DNA of 57,906 bases, from IMG/VR virus record IMGVR_UViG_3300032401_000578, positions 1 through 57,906 of that record. One strand, 5' to 3'. Positions within the stretch are counted from its first letter, which is position 1. Each line of letters begins with the position of its first letter. This document shows positions 46,717 to 56,232 of the stretch, piece after piece. The translations under genes and the position numbers were made by a program. Below the pieces are notes generated by a model. The model was not told the DNA's origin. It did not search any database and saw nothing but the letters and a program-made list of their open reading frames with translations. The DNA is from a virus. Lineage: Duplodnaviria; Caudoviricetes.

Positions 46717-47228
46717 TGGCCAGCTTGTTCGGTGTGGAGCAGCCTTGCCGGGACGGCACGGCGGAGCAGTGGGTGGAGTGGCTGGCGGAGAATGTGCCGC
46801 CGGACACGCTGAGGGAAGCGGCGGCAATCCTGTCGCGGCCGAGTTGCGGCGACGGTCTTCGGGACTTGTGTTTCTGGTGGAACGAGTTGCACGACGCGGG
46901 GCTTGTGTCTCACGGAGTGAAGCCGGACAATCCGGCGAAGGAACTCAAGACGGCGTGGGCGGCGTTCTTAAAAAACGACACGGCTCGCGAATGCCTATCC
47001 GATCGCGAAGCGGTGAGATCCGAGATCGAGCGGGCGTCGTTTGTGAGGGGCGGCTGGTTCCGTCTGGAGAAACTTCTCCGGGGAGCTTGCAACGGGGCGG
47101 GTGTGCCGATCTGCCGAGTGCTGATCGACGGGGGCTATCGTGATGACAACAATCGGAAACAAGCTGACGACCCAAGGGGGAGCCGGACGGCCGCCAGCGA
47201 ATACCTCGCCCGGTTCGGGCAGGGCTGA
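46713..47228 (+). CDS. Hypothetical protein, possibly replication-related
   Basis: Lies between Bet and a loader-like gene. Confidence 0.5.
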   Translation: MMASLFGVEQPCRDGTAEQWVEWLAENVPPDTLREAAAILSRPSCGDGLRDLCFWWNELHDAGLVSHGVKPDNPAKELKTAWAAFLKNDTARECLSDREAVRSEIERASFVRGGWFRLEKLLRGACNGAGVPICRVLIDGGYRDDNNRKQADDPRGSRTAASEYLARFGQG

Positions 47229-47856
47229 CGACCGGCCGAGACGCATCGCGGAGGCGGTGCAGATTCTGGCGGAGTCGTTTCTGAAACCGGTGACGCCGCT
47301 GACGATCCGGGCCTACGACGTGGGGACTTCGGACTTGCCGATTGAGGCGGTCGAGTCGGCAGTGATGGAAGCGATCAAGAGCCGGAAGTTCTTCCCGACG
47401 GTGTCGGAGTTGCGGGAGATGGCCGGGGTCGTGACGCCGGACGCGAGGGCGGTCAAGGCGTGGTTGGTCGCGAAAACAGCGGTGCCGGTGTGGGGTTCCT
47501 ATCGGTCGGTAGACTTCGACGACCCGTTGGTGAACGCGACCGTCAGGGCGTTGGGCGGGTGGGTTGAGTTCTGCGGGACTCCGGCCGGGGAAAAAACGGA
47601 CACGTGGCTGAGGAAGAACTTCGAGGCGACATACAAGGCGTTGATGTCGTCGGGGGTGGCGGCTGACGACGTGAGGCCGCTGAGGGGTCTCTGTGCGGTC
47701 GAGAACGGGGCGAGCGGGCACGACGGCCCGGCGGTCGTGCGGATCGCGTGCGGACTGCCAGAACACGTCAAGAGGCTTGTGAGCGGTGCGGATTCCGGCG
47801 GGCGTTCTGCCGGATACTTGGGTGCGGACGCGAAAAGGATCGGACGGATAGAATGA
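47140..47856 (+). CDS. Helicase-loader-like / DUF6475-type replication protein
   Basis: FFPTVSELR; SVDFDDP.....V..LGGW...C; F...Y. Confidence 0.7.
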   Translation: MMTTIGNKLTTQGGAGRPPANTSPGSGRADDRPRRIAEAVQILAESFLKPVTPLTIRAYDVGTSDLPIEAVESAVMEAIKSRKFFPTVSELREMAGVVTPDARAVKAWLVAKTAVPVWGSYRSVDFDDPLVNATVRALGGWVEFCGTPAGEKTDTWLRKNFEATYKALMSSGVAADDVRPLRGLCAVENGASGHDGPAVVRIACGLPEHVKRLVSGADSGGRSAGYLGADAKRIGRIE

Positions 47857-49010
47857 GTGACGAGGGTGCGGTCGTGGACGGAGTAGAAGAACTGATGGTC
47901 GCGAGGCGAGAAATCGCGACGCTCAAGGCCCGCTTGTCCGGGGTGTCGGTGGCGGACGATATGATCTGCCAAGCGGAGCAGGAGGCGGCCTACGCTCAGT
48001 CGGAGCTGGCGGACGCGGACGCGGTGAGGAAAGAGGCCAAGAAACGATTCGAGGCGGCGATTGAGCATCTTCGGAAGCTGGTTCGGGATCGTGCGTCGGG
48101 ACAGATGGCCCTGCCGTTCGACGATGCTCCGGCTCCGGTGACGGCTGTCAAGGCGAACCCGGAGGCGGCGAAAGCGAAACTTGTGGCGGTCGCTGGCGAT
48201 GTCGCGCAAGAGGACACGGGGCCGGACGACGAGCTGACGACCGGAAAGCCGGAGGAAATCCCGGCGGGCGTGAGGAGGATCGACGCGAGGCTGGGGTCGA
48301 TCTCGATACCGGGTGAGCAGGACGAGATGGTCGCGGTTCCGCCGGGTGTGGTCGCACTGCTGGCGGCTGAGGGGCTGCATACTTGCAAGGACATCTGGCC
48401 AGCGATGCGAGCCGGGAAACTCAAGATCAAGGGACTCGGCCCGGCGAAACTCAAGCAGCTTGCCGACGTAGTGACGGCGTGGGTTGGTGACGACGGTGCG
48501 GCGTTGGTGGTCGCGGAGACGCAAGTCGCGGAGACGCAAGTCGCGGGTGAGCCGACGCATCTGTTTTGTGAGGAATGCCGCGACTGGTTCGACCTTGAAA
48601 CTCCGGAGTGCGAGAAGTGCGGCGAGCTGGATCTGCATCGCGTCGGCTGTTACGGGGATCCGTGCATCGACGCGGAGGGAGACATCGTTGCTGGCTGCGA
48701 GACGATTGAGATTCAGCCGGGCAACTACCCGGAATCCAGCGTGATTGTCGTTGATAAGCGGGGCGGGTGGCGGTCCGGCTGGATGGTCGAGGATTTTACC
48801 GACGGAGACGCAGGCGGCGAGGTCGGAGCCTACCCGTCAGTCCTTCGGCCGTCTCACGACACGAGGCCAAAGGCAATCGCGGCTGCGGTGGCGGACATGC
48901 GGGCTTACCTTGCGGCGAACGGAAGTGCCGACGTGCTGGGCGAGTGGGACGCGGCGGTGATCGACAAGGTCGGTGCGGCGTGCGTCCCGAAGACCGTGCT
49001 GCCGTTCTAG
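47853..49010 (+). CDS. Multidomain hypothetical protein (coiled coil, HhH-like, Zn ribbon)
   Basis: IKGLGPAK; CEEC...CEKCG. Confidence 0.6.
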   Translation: MSDEGAVVDGVEELMVARREIATLKARLSGVSVADDMICQAEQEAAYAQSELADADAVRKEAKKRFEAAIEHLRKLVRDRASGQMALPFDDAPAPVTAVKANPEAAKAKLVAVAGDVAQEDTGPDDELTTGKPEEIPAGVRRIDARLGSISIPGEQDEMVAVPPGVVALLAAEGLHTCKDIWPAMRAGKLKIKGLGPAKLKQLADVVTAWVGDDGAALVVAETQVAETQVAGEPTHLFCEECRDWFDLETPECEKCGELDLHRVGCYGDPCIDAEGDIVAGCETIEIQPGNYPESSVIVVDKRGGWRSGWMVEDFTDGDAGGEVGAYPSVLRPSHDTRPKAIAAAVADMRAYLAANGSADVLGEWDAAVIDKVGAACVPKTVLPF

Positions 49011-49025
49011 GGTGAGGGGCGTCGG

Positions 49026-49505
49026 ATGCTGCGAGTAATGATAACGATGAACGTCTCCGGGAAGCCGGAGCCAGCGGGGTCGAAGAACGCTTTCGTCCCG
49101 CTGAATCGGAAGACTCGGGAGCCTTTCCGGAGGCCGAACGGCGGCGTCGTCGTGAGCGTGATCGACAACAACCCGAAAGCCAAGGGATGGAAGGCGGCGG
49201 TCGCGGACGCGGCGGCGGAGGCGATGTTCGGGAGGGAGCCGACACGTGAGGCGGTGTCGGTGTTCCTGACGTTCCGGGTGGCTCGGCCAAAGGGGCACTA
49301 CGGGACCGGGAAGAACGAGGATGTTCTCAAGGACTCGGCTCCGAAGTGGCCGACGTCAAAGCCGGACGTCCTGAAACTCGCGAGGGCGGTCGAGGACGCG
49401 ATGACGGGGATCGTCTACGTGGACGATTCGCAGATTGTCGTGGAGACGCTGCGGAAAGAATACGGCGAACCGGGCGTCTACGTGGCGGTTCATCGGCTTG
49501 CGTGA
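49026..49505 (+). CDS. rusA: RusA-family Holliday junction resolvase
   Basis: KPDVLKLARAVEDAMTGIVYVDDSQIV. Confidence 0.92.
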   Translation: MLRVMITMNVSGKPEPAGSKNAFVPLNRKTREPFRRPNGGVVVSVIDNNPKAKGWKAAVADAAAEAMFGREPTREAVSVFLTFRVARPKGHYGTGKNEDVLKDSAPKWPTSKPDVLKLARAVEDAMTGIVYVDDSQIVVETLRKEYGEPGVYVAVHRLA

Positions 49506-49544
49506 GTGTGAGGCGGCGGGTTAAGGTGTGGCACGGAGGCCGAG

Positions 49545-49799
49545 ATGCTTGGACAACGCGAACGGATCTACGACGTCTACCTTGCGACCCCGACGGGTCC
49601 GGAGGTCCGCAGGGTAATCGCGGCCTCCGAAGGACTCGGGGTCCGGGCGGCTGAGGCGATGGTGCAGGGATCGCTGGCACTGCATTACACGGTCCAAGTG
49701 GATGTCGTCGGGACGTGCAAGCGGTGCGGCCAACTGGTCGAGGCGTCGGAGCTGTTCCGCGAAGTCGTCTCCGGCGTCCTTTGCCGAGAGTGCAAGTGA
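49545..49799 (+). CDS. Small Zn-finger protein
   Basis: GGAGG RBS; CKRCG...CREC. Confidence 0.55.
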   Translation: MLGQRERIYDVYLATPTGPEVRRVIAASEGLGVRAAEAMVQGSLALHYTVQVDVVGTCKRCGQLVEASELFREVVSGVLCRECK

Positions 49800-50068
49800 T
49801 GTCTGATCCGATCACGGTTCGACGGCTGCACAAGGCTCTAAGGGTCGCAAAGCGAGTGCCGGGCGTGATCTTGTTCGACTTACGCGGCGGCCCGTTCGAC
49901 GGCTGCCCGATGCCTTGCCGGGTCGAGTACGCGGCCCGCTTGGTGTTGTCGGGCTACGATCTGTTCCTTCCGGTTGACGAAGCGGAACAGACGTTCGCGT
50001 GCTACCTAGCCACGAAGCCGGAGGGCGACTGGATCGGCGTTTTCGCTGGGTACGGCCGTCGCGAATAA
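49799..50068 (+). CDS. Hypothetical protein
   Basis: TGATG coupling; GGPFDG motif. Confidence 0.55.
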   Translation: MSDPITVRRLHKALRVAKRVPGVILFDLRGGPFDGCPMPCRVEYAARLVLSGYDLFLPVDEAEQTFACYLATKPEGDWIGVFAGYGRRE

Positions 50069-50165
50069 TTCGGGCGGGTTCCGTGATCCGATTCGCGCCG
50101 CCGTCGTTATGTTTCTGGATCGGTCGTAGACCGTGAAAAAAACACGAAACGGAAGGGGTGCGGCG

Positions 50166-51701
50166 ATGGCGAAGATGAAAACGGCCAAGGCGGCGGAGCC
50201 GGTCGAGGCAACGGACGAGTTAAAGATTGAGATTGAAAACATCGGCCCGGTCGAGCGGGCTTCAATCCCTTTGCGGCCCGGTCACGTCACTGTGCTGACG
50301 GGGTCGAATGGGGCGGGAAAGTCGGAGACGTTGGCGGCTGTCACGGCGTTGGCCGTCGGCGGCACGTCGCTGGAGGCCCGTGACGGCACTGAGGGCGGGT
50401 CGGTCTCTGGGTTGGGGATTACGATCAAGGTCGGACGCAAGGGGCAGAACCGGCGGACTGGAGAGCTGGAGGTGCTGGCGGTGGAGGACGGGTTCGACTT
50501 GTCCAAGTTCGTCGATCCGGGATTGAAGGACCCGGTGGCGGCCGACAAGCAACGGATCAAGACGCTGGCGACGCTGCTCGGGGTCAAGGTGACGGTCGAG
50601 TCGGTGAAGGCCCTGATCGGCACTTCCGATCTCTACGACGCGAACGTGACGGACAAGACGGCGAAGCTGGCGGCGGTGTCGGCGGTGGACTTCGTGAACG
50701 GCGCCAAGCGTGACTTGGAGTTCGGGGCACGCGAGATAGAAGCGGAGGCGGCACGGGCGGAGCAAGACGCGGCGACGCTCGAAGGGACGCTGGCCGGGGT
50801 CGATCTGACGGCGGAGAGTGACGGCGACGTTCTGACGAAGCGGTGGACGGAGGCGTCTCAGAACTCCGCTCGGCTGCGGGAACAGGGGCGGCTGGCGGTC
50901 GAGGCGGCACGGATCGCGGAGGAGGCCAAGCTGCTGATCGATTCGGTCGAGGTCGTGTCTGTGGACGACTGGGCCGACGAACTCGACTTGCTCAAGAAAT
51001 CTTATGACGAAGCGGTGAAACGTCGCGGGAAGGCGGAAGAGGAGCTTCGGGCGGCATCGGCGGCGGAAGCGGTCGAGTTGCGGGATTGTGAGCAGTCCGC
51101 ACTTCGGCTGTCGTCGGCGAAAGCGGTGGCGGCCCGGCGTGATGCGGCGAAGGCCAAGCTGGTCCCGTCGGTCGTTCATCCGACAGAGGCGGAACTGGAC
51201 GCGGCCTCGGTGGCGGAGATCGCGGCGGAGACGGCTGTCATCGCTGGGGCAAAGATCCGCGATGGAAAAGCGACGATGGAGCGGGCGACGAGGGCGAGAA
51301 TCAAGGCGTCGTCGCTGGGTTGCGACGCGGTCGTGATCCGGGACGCGGCGGCAAAGGTGGCCGGGCTGCTGGCCGGTCCGATCAACGCCGTCGGGTGCGG
51401 CGTCCGGGTGTCGAAGGAAGGGCGTCTGGTCGTGGACGGTCACAAGCGGGGCGAGTGTTTCGCGTCCGATCTGAGCCCCGGAGAGATGTGGACAGTGGCG
51501 TTGCGATTGGCGGCAACAGTGTTCAAGGCGGCTGGCGTCCCGGCGTTGCTGGCCGTCCCGCAGGAGTGCTACGAGGCCCTTGACGGGCACAACCTGCGGG
51601 TCTTCACGGAGGCGGTCCGTGAGTCCGGTCTGATGGTTGTCACGGCAAAGGCGTCGGCTGAGGACGTGGACTACGTGCCGGTGACGGCGACGGTGCTTTG
51701 A
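50166..51701 (+). CDS. SMC/SbcC-like ABC ATPase with coiled coil
   Basis: IENIGP, Walker A GSNGAGKS, long coil, signature LSPGE, degenerate Walker B AVPQE. Confidence 0.8.
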   Translation: MAKMKTAKAAEPVEATDELKIEIENIGPVERASIPLRPGHVTVLTGSNGAGKSETLAAVTALAVGGTSLEARDGTEGGSVSGLGITIKVGRKGQNRRTGELEVLAVEDGFDLSKFVDPGLKDPVAADKQRIKTLATLLGVKVTVESVKALIGTSDLYDANVTDKTAKLAAVSAVDFVNGAKRDLEFGAREIEAEAARAEQDAATLEGTLAGVDLTAESDGDVLTKRWTEASQNSARLREQGRLAVEAARIAEEAKLLIDSVEVVSVDDWADELDLLKKSYDEAVKRRGKAEEELRAASAAEAVELRDCEQSALRLSSAKAVAARRDAAKAKLVPSVVHPTEAELDAASVAEIAAETAVIAGAKIRDGKATMERATRARIKASSLGCDAVVIRDAAAKVAGLLAGPINAVGCGVRVSKEGRLVVDGHKRGECFASDLSPGEMWTVALRLAATVFKAAGVPALLAVPQECYEALDGHNLRVFTEAVRESGLMVVTAKASAEDVDYVPVTATVL

Positions 51702-51735
51702 GGTGTCGGTGCGACGAAACTGAAAGGGTGAGAAC

Positions 51736-52038
51736 ATGGCGGTCAAGAGGTCGATGGTTGAGCTGATGCGGGCGTTGGTGGACGCGGCGAGGGTGTCGGA
51801 GGTCACGGAGGCGTTGCTGGCGGAATGCGAGTCGCGGCTCCGGGCACAGAAGAAACAGGTCACGAAGGCCGCGAAGGCGTCGGCTCGGTCCGGGAACTCT
51901 GGACGGCCGGGGATGCCGGAGGAGACGCGGCAGGCGATCTTGGCGCATCCGGGGAGCAACTACGAGACGGCGGACGCCTTCGGGGTCCACTACGAAACGG
52001 TCCGGAGATTACGAAAGGCCGTTCGTGACAAAGCGTGA
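51736..52038 (+). CDS. HTH DNA-binding protein
   Basis: SNYETADAFGVHYETVRRLR. Confidence 0.75.
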   Translation: MAVKRSMVELMRALVDAARVSEVTEALLAECESRLRAQKKQVTKAAKASARSGNSGRPGMPEETRQAILAHPGSNYETADAFGVHYETVRRLRKAVRDKA

Positions 52039-52198
52039 ATACTTCGACCGGCTGATGGCGGAGCCGGTCTGGTGGCTCGAAAAGAACGCAGAGCGGCCGT
52101 CGGTCGGGATGACGAGGATTCACGTTCTGTTGTCCCGGCTGGCGGTGCGAAAGAAACTATTTCCACAATTCCGAAAAAACGCTGGCGAATTGCGTTGA
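52025..52198 (+). CDS. Small hypothetical protein (57 aa, not in the ORF track)
   Basis: GTG start after AAAGG; MTKREYFDRLMAEPVWWLEK...; stop lies inside the -35 box of the next promoter. Confidence 0.45.
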   Translation: MTKREYFDRLMAEPVWWLEKNAERPSVGMTRIHVLLSRLAVRKKLFPQFRKNAGELR

Positions 52199-52223
52199 CA
52201 ATCGGGACGGCGGAGACGATACT
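52156..52223 (+). promoter_or_regulatory. Repeated early promoter cassette, copy 3
   Basis: ACTATT...ATTCCGAAAAAA; TTGACA(52195)-17 nt-GATACT(52218). Confidence 0.8.
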
Positions 52224-52286
52224 ACACGCAACGCGGTTGACGTGACTGCGAATCCCGGACGGACGACGAACTGAGGAGCTGAGACA

Positions 52287-52439
52287 ATGGTTAAAACACT
52301 TGCGGAAGCGGTTGTGGTTGCGATGAGAACCTTCGCAGCGGAACCTTCGGCTATCGAGGTCGAGATCGCGATGGTCTTCGGTTCGGTTTGGATCGGCCGG
52401 GACGGGGAAATCTACGACCGGCCACGGTTCGCCAACTGA
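52287..52439 (+). CDS. Small hypothetical protein (50 aa, not in the ORF track)
   Basis: ACGGACGACGAA plus GAGGAG RBS; MVKTLAEAVVVAMRTF... Confidence 0.65.
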   Translation: MVKTLAEAVVVAMRTFAAEPSAIEVEIAMVFGSVWIGRDGEIYDRPRFAN

Positions 52440-52472
52440 GGCGGACGGTTCGCCAACTGAGGCGGACGGTTC
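52424..52472. repeat. 21-bp tandem repeat x2.3
   Basis: ACGGTTCGCCAACTGAGGCGG twice, then ACGGTTC. Confidence 0.9.
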
Positions 52473-52532
52473 AAACTGCCCGGTTCGCAACGTGCGGACC
52501 GGGCGATTCCTGCGGACGACGAAAGGGACGAT

Positions 52533-52793
52533 ATGACGACCATGACGAAATCGCCGACAGCTTCTCAAGTGGGTGAACGCATCGGTGGGGAAGTGACAAA
52601 GCGGGCGGGCGTCTTCACTTACCGACGCGGGTTCTTTTACCGGAACGGGGTCACGTCGCAAGATGTTGTCGATATGGTCAAGGCCGCTTACCCGGAGGCT
52701 GTTGTGGTCGATTCTGGGGAGGTCTGGAGGTCGTTCAACGGCGGGGCGTCAACTGCCAAGAGTTCTCACTGGTGGGTCACGTTCACGCTGTGA
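52533..52793 (+). CDS. Hypothetical protein
   Basis: CGGACGACGAAAGGGA leader. Confidence 0.7.
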   Translation: MTTMTKSPTASQVGERIGGEVTKRAGVFTYRRGFFYRNGVTSQDVVDMVKAAYPEAVVVDSGEVWRSFNGGASTAKSSHWWVTFTL

Positions 52794-52830
52794 GCGGGCT
52801 CTGTTTCTAACGGACGACGAAAGGGACGAC

Positions 52831-53055
52831 ATGACGATTCAAACGGTGACGGCGAAGAACACGACGGAAGCAGGCGGCTACCGATTCTTGACGGAAGCTT
52901 CGACAATCGGCTGCCCGCCCGGTTGCGTTCCGGAGAAGCTGGCGACGACGCTCGGGAACGGGCAGCCTTTGACGCGGGTGGAAATCGACGAGGACGGGAC
53001 GGCACACTATCGCCAAGATCTCGGGTGCGTGCGGCTTATTCTGATCAACGACTGA
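52831..53055 (+). CDS. Hypothetical protein
   Basis: ACGGACGACGAAAGGGA leader. Confidence 0.7.
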   Translation: MTIQTVTAKNTTEAGGYRFLTEASTIGCPPGCVPEKLATTLGNGQPLTRVEIDEDGTAHYRQDLGCVRLILIND

Positions 53056-53078
53056 CGGACGACGAAAGGGGACTTGCG

Positions 53079-53372
53079 ATGATGACTTCAACGGGCTTTC
53101 AGATGGCGGTGGCGATGACGATGGACCGGATGACGGAGTCCGAACGCCAAGCGGTACGTGAGGCAATCCGGGGCGGGTCGCGGCCGACAGAGCTTTGCCG
53201 CTACCGGGAAGGCGGACCGTTGGTCTTGCGGTGCGAGGTGCCGGAAACGTGGCGGCATCTGGAGGTCTTCCAGGTCGCTCGGGATCTCAACTGCACGATT
53301 CCGGCGGACAAGGAAGCGGCGACGATTGCGTGGTTCAAAGCGAGATCTGTTGAGCCGGTTCCGTCGTTGTGA
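53079..53372 (+). CDS. Hypothetical protein
   Basis: ACGGACGACGAAAGGGG leader. Confidence 0.65.
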   Translation: MMTSTGFQMAVAMTMDRMTESERQAVREAIRGGSRPTELCRYREGGPLVLRCEVPETWRHLEVFQVARDLNCTIPADKEAATIAWFKARSVEPVPSL

Positions 53373-53418
53373 CGGCCGGTGGGGTGGACGTGCGAAGCTT
53401 CAAACGAAAGGGTGCGGA

Positions 53419-53535
53419 ATGTCGATTCAACTGCCGACGGTACACTTGAACGGGACGAGCAAGGCGGAGCTGCTGGACACGCTGGGCGAGGCGTCGGAAG
53501 CCTTGGACGCGGCCTACCGGGCGTTGTGCCGTTGA
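53419..53535 (+). pseudogene. Probably truncated small gene (MSIQLPTVHLNGTS...)
   Basis: 38 aa; its stop codon is part of the TTGACA -35 box of the next gene's promoter. Confidence 0.4.
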
Positions 53536-53559
53536 CATGGCGTCGGAGCGAATGATAAT
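53532..53559 (+). promoter_or_regulatory. Sigma70-like promoter of the endonuclease-like gene
   Basis: TTGACA-16 nt-GATAAT. Confidence 0.65.
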
Positions 53560-53598
53560 AAACAGACGTGCGGACCACTTAGAAAAAGGGGGAATGCT

Positions 53599-54138
53599 AT
53601 GTCTGTGAAATGCCGATGGTGTGAAGCGGAGGCTACCCGTCAACGCGGACGGACGCCGGTATGCCGGATTCACTTCCGGTTCGTGACAATGCGGGAATCG
53701 TGCGTTCGGAGGGGGACGGAGGTCCCCACGATGGAGCGACTCGAAGCGATTGCAAAAAAGAGTGGGACGACATGCCCAATATGCAAACGCGAAATGAATT
53801 GGACACGGGCGGAGGGGGCCGACACTGTGTTGACGTTGCAGCACGACCGCGATGGGGAAATGACGTTTCTGTGCATGTCGTGCAACAGCCGACACTTCGC
53901 TTACAGCGGCGATGAGTTCTATGTGGTTGGGCCGGATCTGAAAAGATGCTCTGTTTGTAAGACCGTCAAGACGTTGGATGAGTTCGGAAACGACAAATCT
54001 GGAAGATGGGCCGGGAAAACGTGCAGATGCAAAGTGTGTGTTGGGGTTCTTCACAAAAAATGGCAGGAGGAAAATCGTGACAAGTACAACGCCTACATGC
54101 GGGAATACAAGCGGCGGCGACGGGCGGAGGCCCGGTGA
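53599..54138 (+). CDS. Zn-binding His-Me (HNH/EndoVII-like) free-standing endonuclease candidate
   Basis: CPIC...TLQHD......LCMSCN..H plus KRCSVCK..K...EF...CKVC; visibly more AT-rich than its flanks. Confidence 0.65.
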   Translation: MSVKCRWCEAEATRQRGRTPVCRIHFRFVTMRESCVRRGTEVPTMERLEAIAKKSGTTCPICKREMNWTRAEGADTVLTLQHDRDGEMTFLCMSCNSRHFAYSGDEFYVVGPDLKRCSVCKTVKTLDEFGNDKSGRWAGKTCRCKVCVGVLHKKWQEENRDKYNAYMREYKRRRRAEAR

Positions 54139-54348
54139 CGACCCGACGAAGGTCTACTGGACGGCCCGCATCGGAGTGGATCGTCTGTGGGTGATCGACG
54201 GCTATTGTTTGGAGTCGCACGGGCTGACACGGGTGTTGTCGGAGGACGCCAGCTTCTCGCGTTCCGGTGAGATCGTGGCGGAGATCGAAGCGGGGCCGGA
54301 CCGTGCGGAATGCCTTGAGATCGCGGCCGAAGCGTGCGAGGGGGATCT

Positions 54349-54579
54349 ATGAGCGACGAAGCGAGGGAACGGTTGAGACTTCTCGAAGACGATCACGAGC
54401 CGGATGGCTGGCCGGCTGTGAGGATGGGGGACGTCTCGGCAGTACTGGACATGTTGGCTGCGGTGGAGAGCGAAAATCAATGCCTTCGCACAGTGGTGAA
54501 AGACTGCTTGAGCCAGTTGATCCGAACGTCCGAAACCAAGAAAAAGAAACGGCGGAAGCCGGGAAAGTCGAGACGATGA
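54349..54579 (+). CDS. Hypothetical protein
   Basis: GAGGGGG RBS. Confidence 0.6.
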   Translation: MSDEARERLRLLEDDHEPDGWPAVRMGDVSAVLDMLAAVESENQCLRTVVKDCLSQLIRTSETKKKKRRKPGKSRR

Positions 54580-54908
54580 ACGAGAACGCAAAATTACCGC
54601 TGAACGTGCATCACTTCGTCCGCGATGGCATGGACAGGACTGACACCGGGCTGCTGGAGATCGAAGAACTGAACGAGATGGTCAACGACGCTCTGGCGAA
54701 CGGAGATCGCGGGACGGCCGAGAAGATCGCGACGGAGGCGGCGGCGATGATGTCGCTGGCACCGGAGGCGTGGGCGGTGCTGGAGCGAATAGAGCTTGTC
54801 CGGCGTGGGTTCGGCGAGTTCTCCGGCACGGAACTCTTCGAGGTCGTGAACGATCTGTTGAAGCGGCGGGACACGGCGGCTGGTGGGTCCGTAAAGCTAT
54901 TCCGCTGA
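54576..54908 (+). CDS. Hypothetical protein
   Basis: ATGA coupling. Confidence 0.6.
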   Translation: MNENAKLPLNVHHFVRDGMDRTDTGLLEIEELNEMVNDALANGDRGTAEKIATEAAAMMSLAPEAWAVLERIELVRRGFGEFSGTELFEVVNDLLKRRDTAAGGSVKLFR

Positions 54909-54963
54909 TTCCAAAAAAAACGGACGAGTTGAGATTGACGAACGGACGCCGAGAGCCGATACT
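54896..54963 (+). promoter_or_regulatory. Repeated early promoter cassette, copy 4
   Basis: CTATT...ATTCCAAAAAAAA; TTGACG(54935)-17 nt-GATACT(54958). Confidence 0.8.
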
Positions 54964-55026
54964 CCCTACATCGCAACCGGACGCCGGTTGCAACGAACCC
55001 CAAACGGACGACGAAAGGGCTGAACG

Positions 55027-55452
55027 ATGATTGCAATCGGAACTAAGATTCTGGCGAATGACGGCTACTCGAAACGACTCGGCGAAGTCGTCAATCACGA
55101 GACGAACAGGTGGGGCGACTGGCACGTCGTAGCGGTCGGTGACGGCCGGGAGATGGTCGGGACGATTGACGGCCCGGACGCCAAAGGGATCGGCTGGAAG
55201 GTCGCGACGGAGGCCGAGATCGCGAGGGCGGCCCGGTACGCTGCGGCGGAAGAGGCGGAGCAGAGCCCGAAAACATTCCGGAACGCCAACTTCGACGGAA
55301 AGCGGAACTACAACTGCACGAACATTGTCGCCTGCCAAGGCGGGGCGGCTCCGGATGGCGTGTGGGTGGAGTGCGGCCCGGAGATCATCGCGGAGATGAA
55401 GCTGAGCCCGCTGTGGATTCAAGGTGGGGTCCGGTTCTTCGGATGGTTGTGA
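55027..55452 (+). CDS. Hypothetical protein
   Basis: ACGGACGACGAAAGGG leader. Confidence 0.7.
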   Translation: MIAIGTKILANDGYSKRLGEVVNHETNRWGDWHVVAVGDGREMVGTIDGPDAKGIGWKVATEAEIARAARYAAAEEAEQSPKTFRNANFDGKRNYNCTNIVACQGGAAPDGVWVECGPEIIAEMKLSPLWIQGGVRFFGWL

Positions 55453-55523
55453 GTGACTGACTCTAGCCCGGCTCCAATGTGGGGCCGAGCATCTTGGACG
55501 GACGACGAACAGGAGACGATGCG

Positions 55524-55874
55524 ATGACGACAACAAGCGAGATCAAACCGGCTGACATCATCCTACGACAGCTCGGCGGGAGCCGTCGGCTGACGGTGAT
55601 GATCGGAGCCTACGACTTCTACTCCGACAACGGAGGCCGGACGCTGCGGTTCCGGTTCAAGGGCTGCCCGGTGGCGAATCTGTGCAAGGTGACGCTTGAG
55701 GCGTCGGACACGTACACGGTGAAGCTGGAGAAACTCGGCCGGATGTCGCGGAAGACCTACACGATTCCGGTGACGGTCGCTGCGGAGTTCGGCGACGTCT
55801 ACGCGGAGAATCTCCGGGACGTGATCGAACGGGCGACAGGGCTCTACCTGTCGATGGGCACGATGGGTCGGTGA
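55524..55874 (+). CDS. Phage hypothetical protein (IL.QLGG...MIGA type)
   Basis: ACGGACGACGAA plus AGGAG; DTY.V, DVY.E.L...IE..TGL. Confidence 0.75.
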   Translation: MTTTSEIKPADIILRQLGGSRRLTVMIGAYDFYSDNGGRTLRFRFKGCPVANLCKVTLEASDTYTVKLEKLGRMSRKTYTIPVTVAAEFGDVYAENLRDVIERATGLYLSMGTMGR

Positions 55875-55948
55875 ACGGGTGGCGGCTGGCTGGGGCCGAT
55901 GTGGTCCCGGCCCGGTGTGGCGGTTCCGAAACGAAAAAGGGGCGAGCG

Positions 55949-56155
55949 ATGACTGACCGAGATGCAATCGAAGCGAACGTGCGAAACAAAATCAAAGACC
56001 TGAAAACGGCGAAAGTGACGGCGATGTCGGTGGACAATCTTCGCCAGATCACGAGGACGGTTGGGGTGTTCTGTGCGGTCGCGGCCTACCCGGCGATGTT
56101 CCGGGAGGTGGCAATTGACGCCGGGAAAGCCCTTGGGTTCAGCGTGACGGATTGA
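55949..56155 (+). CDS. Hypothetical protein
   Basis: AAGGGG RBS. Confidence 0.6.
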   Translation: MTDRDAIEANVRNKIKDLKTAKVTAMSVDNLRQITRTVGVFCAVAAYPAMFREVAIDAGKALGFSVTD

Positions 56156-56164
56156 GTCGAAAGA

Positions 56165-56232
56165 ACTATTCCCAACAATCCGAAAAAAACGTGCGGGTTG
56201 ATGTGGACAAACGAACGCGGGGAGACGATACT
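56165..56232 (+). promoter_or_regulatory. Repeated early promoter cassette, copy 5
   Basis: ACTATT...ATCCGAAAAAAA; TGGACA(56204)-17 nt-GATACT(56227). Confidence 0.75.

Noticed and set aside
50262-51959. 565-aa minus-strand ORF
   Set aside because: Antisense shadow of the ATPase gene: R/H/L-rich, no motifs, expected in GC-rich DNA. The intein HNH, by contrast, has a clear domain, RBS and promoter.
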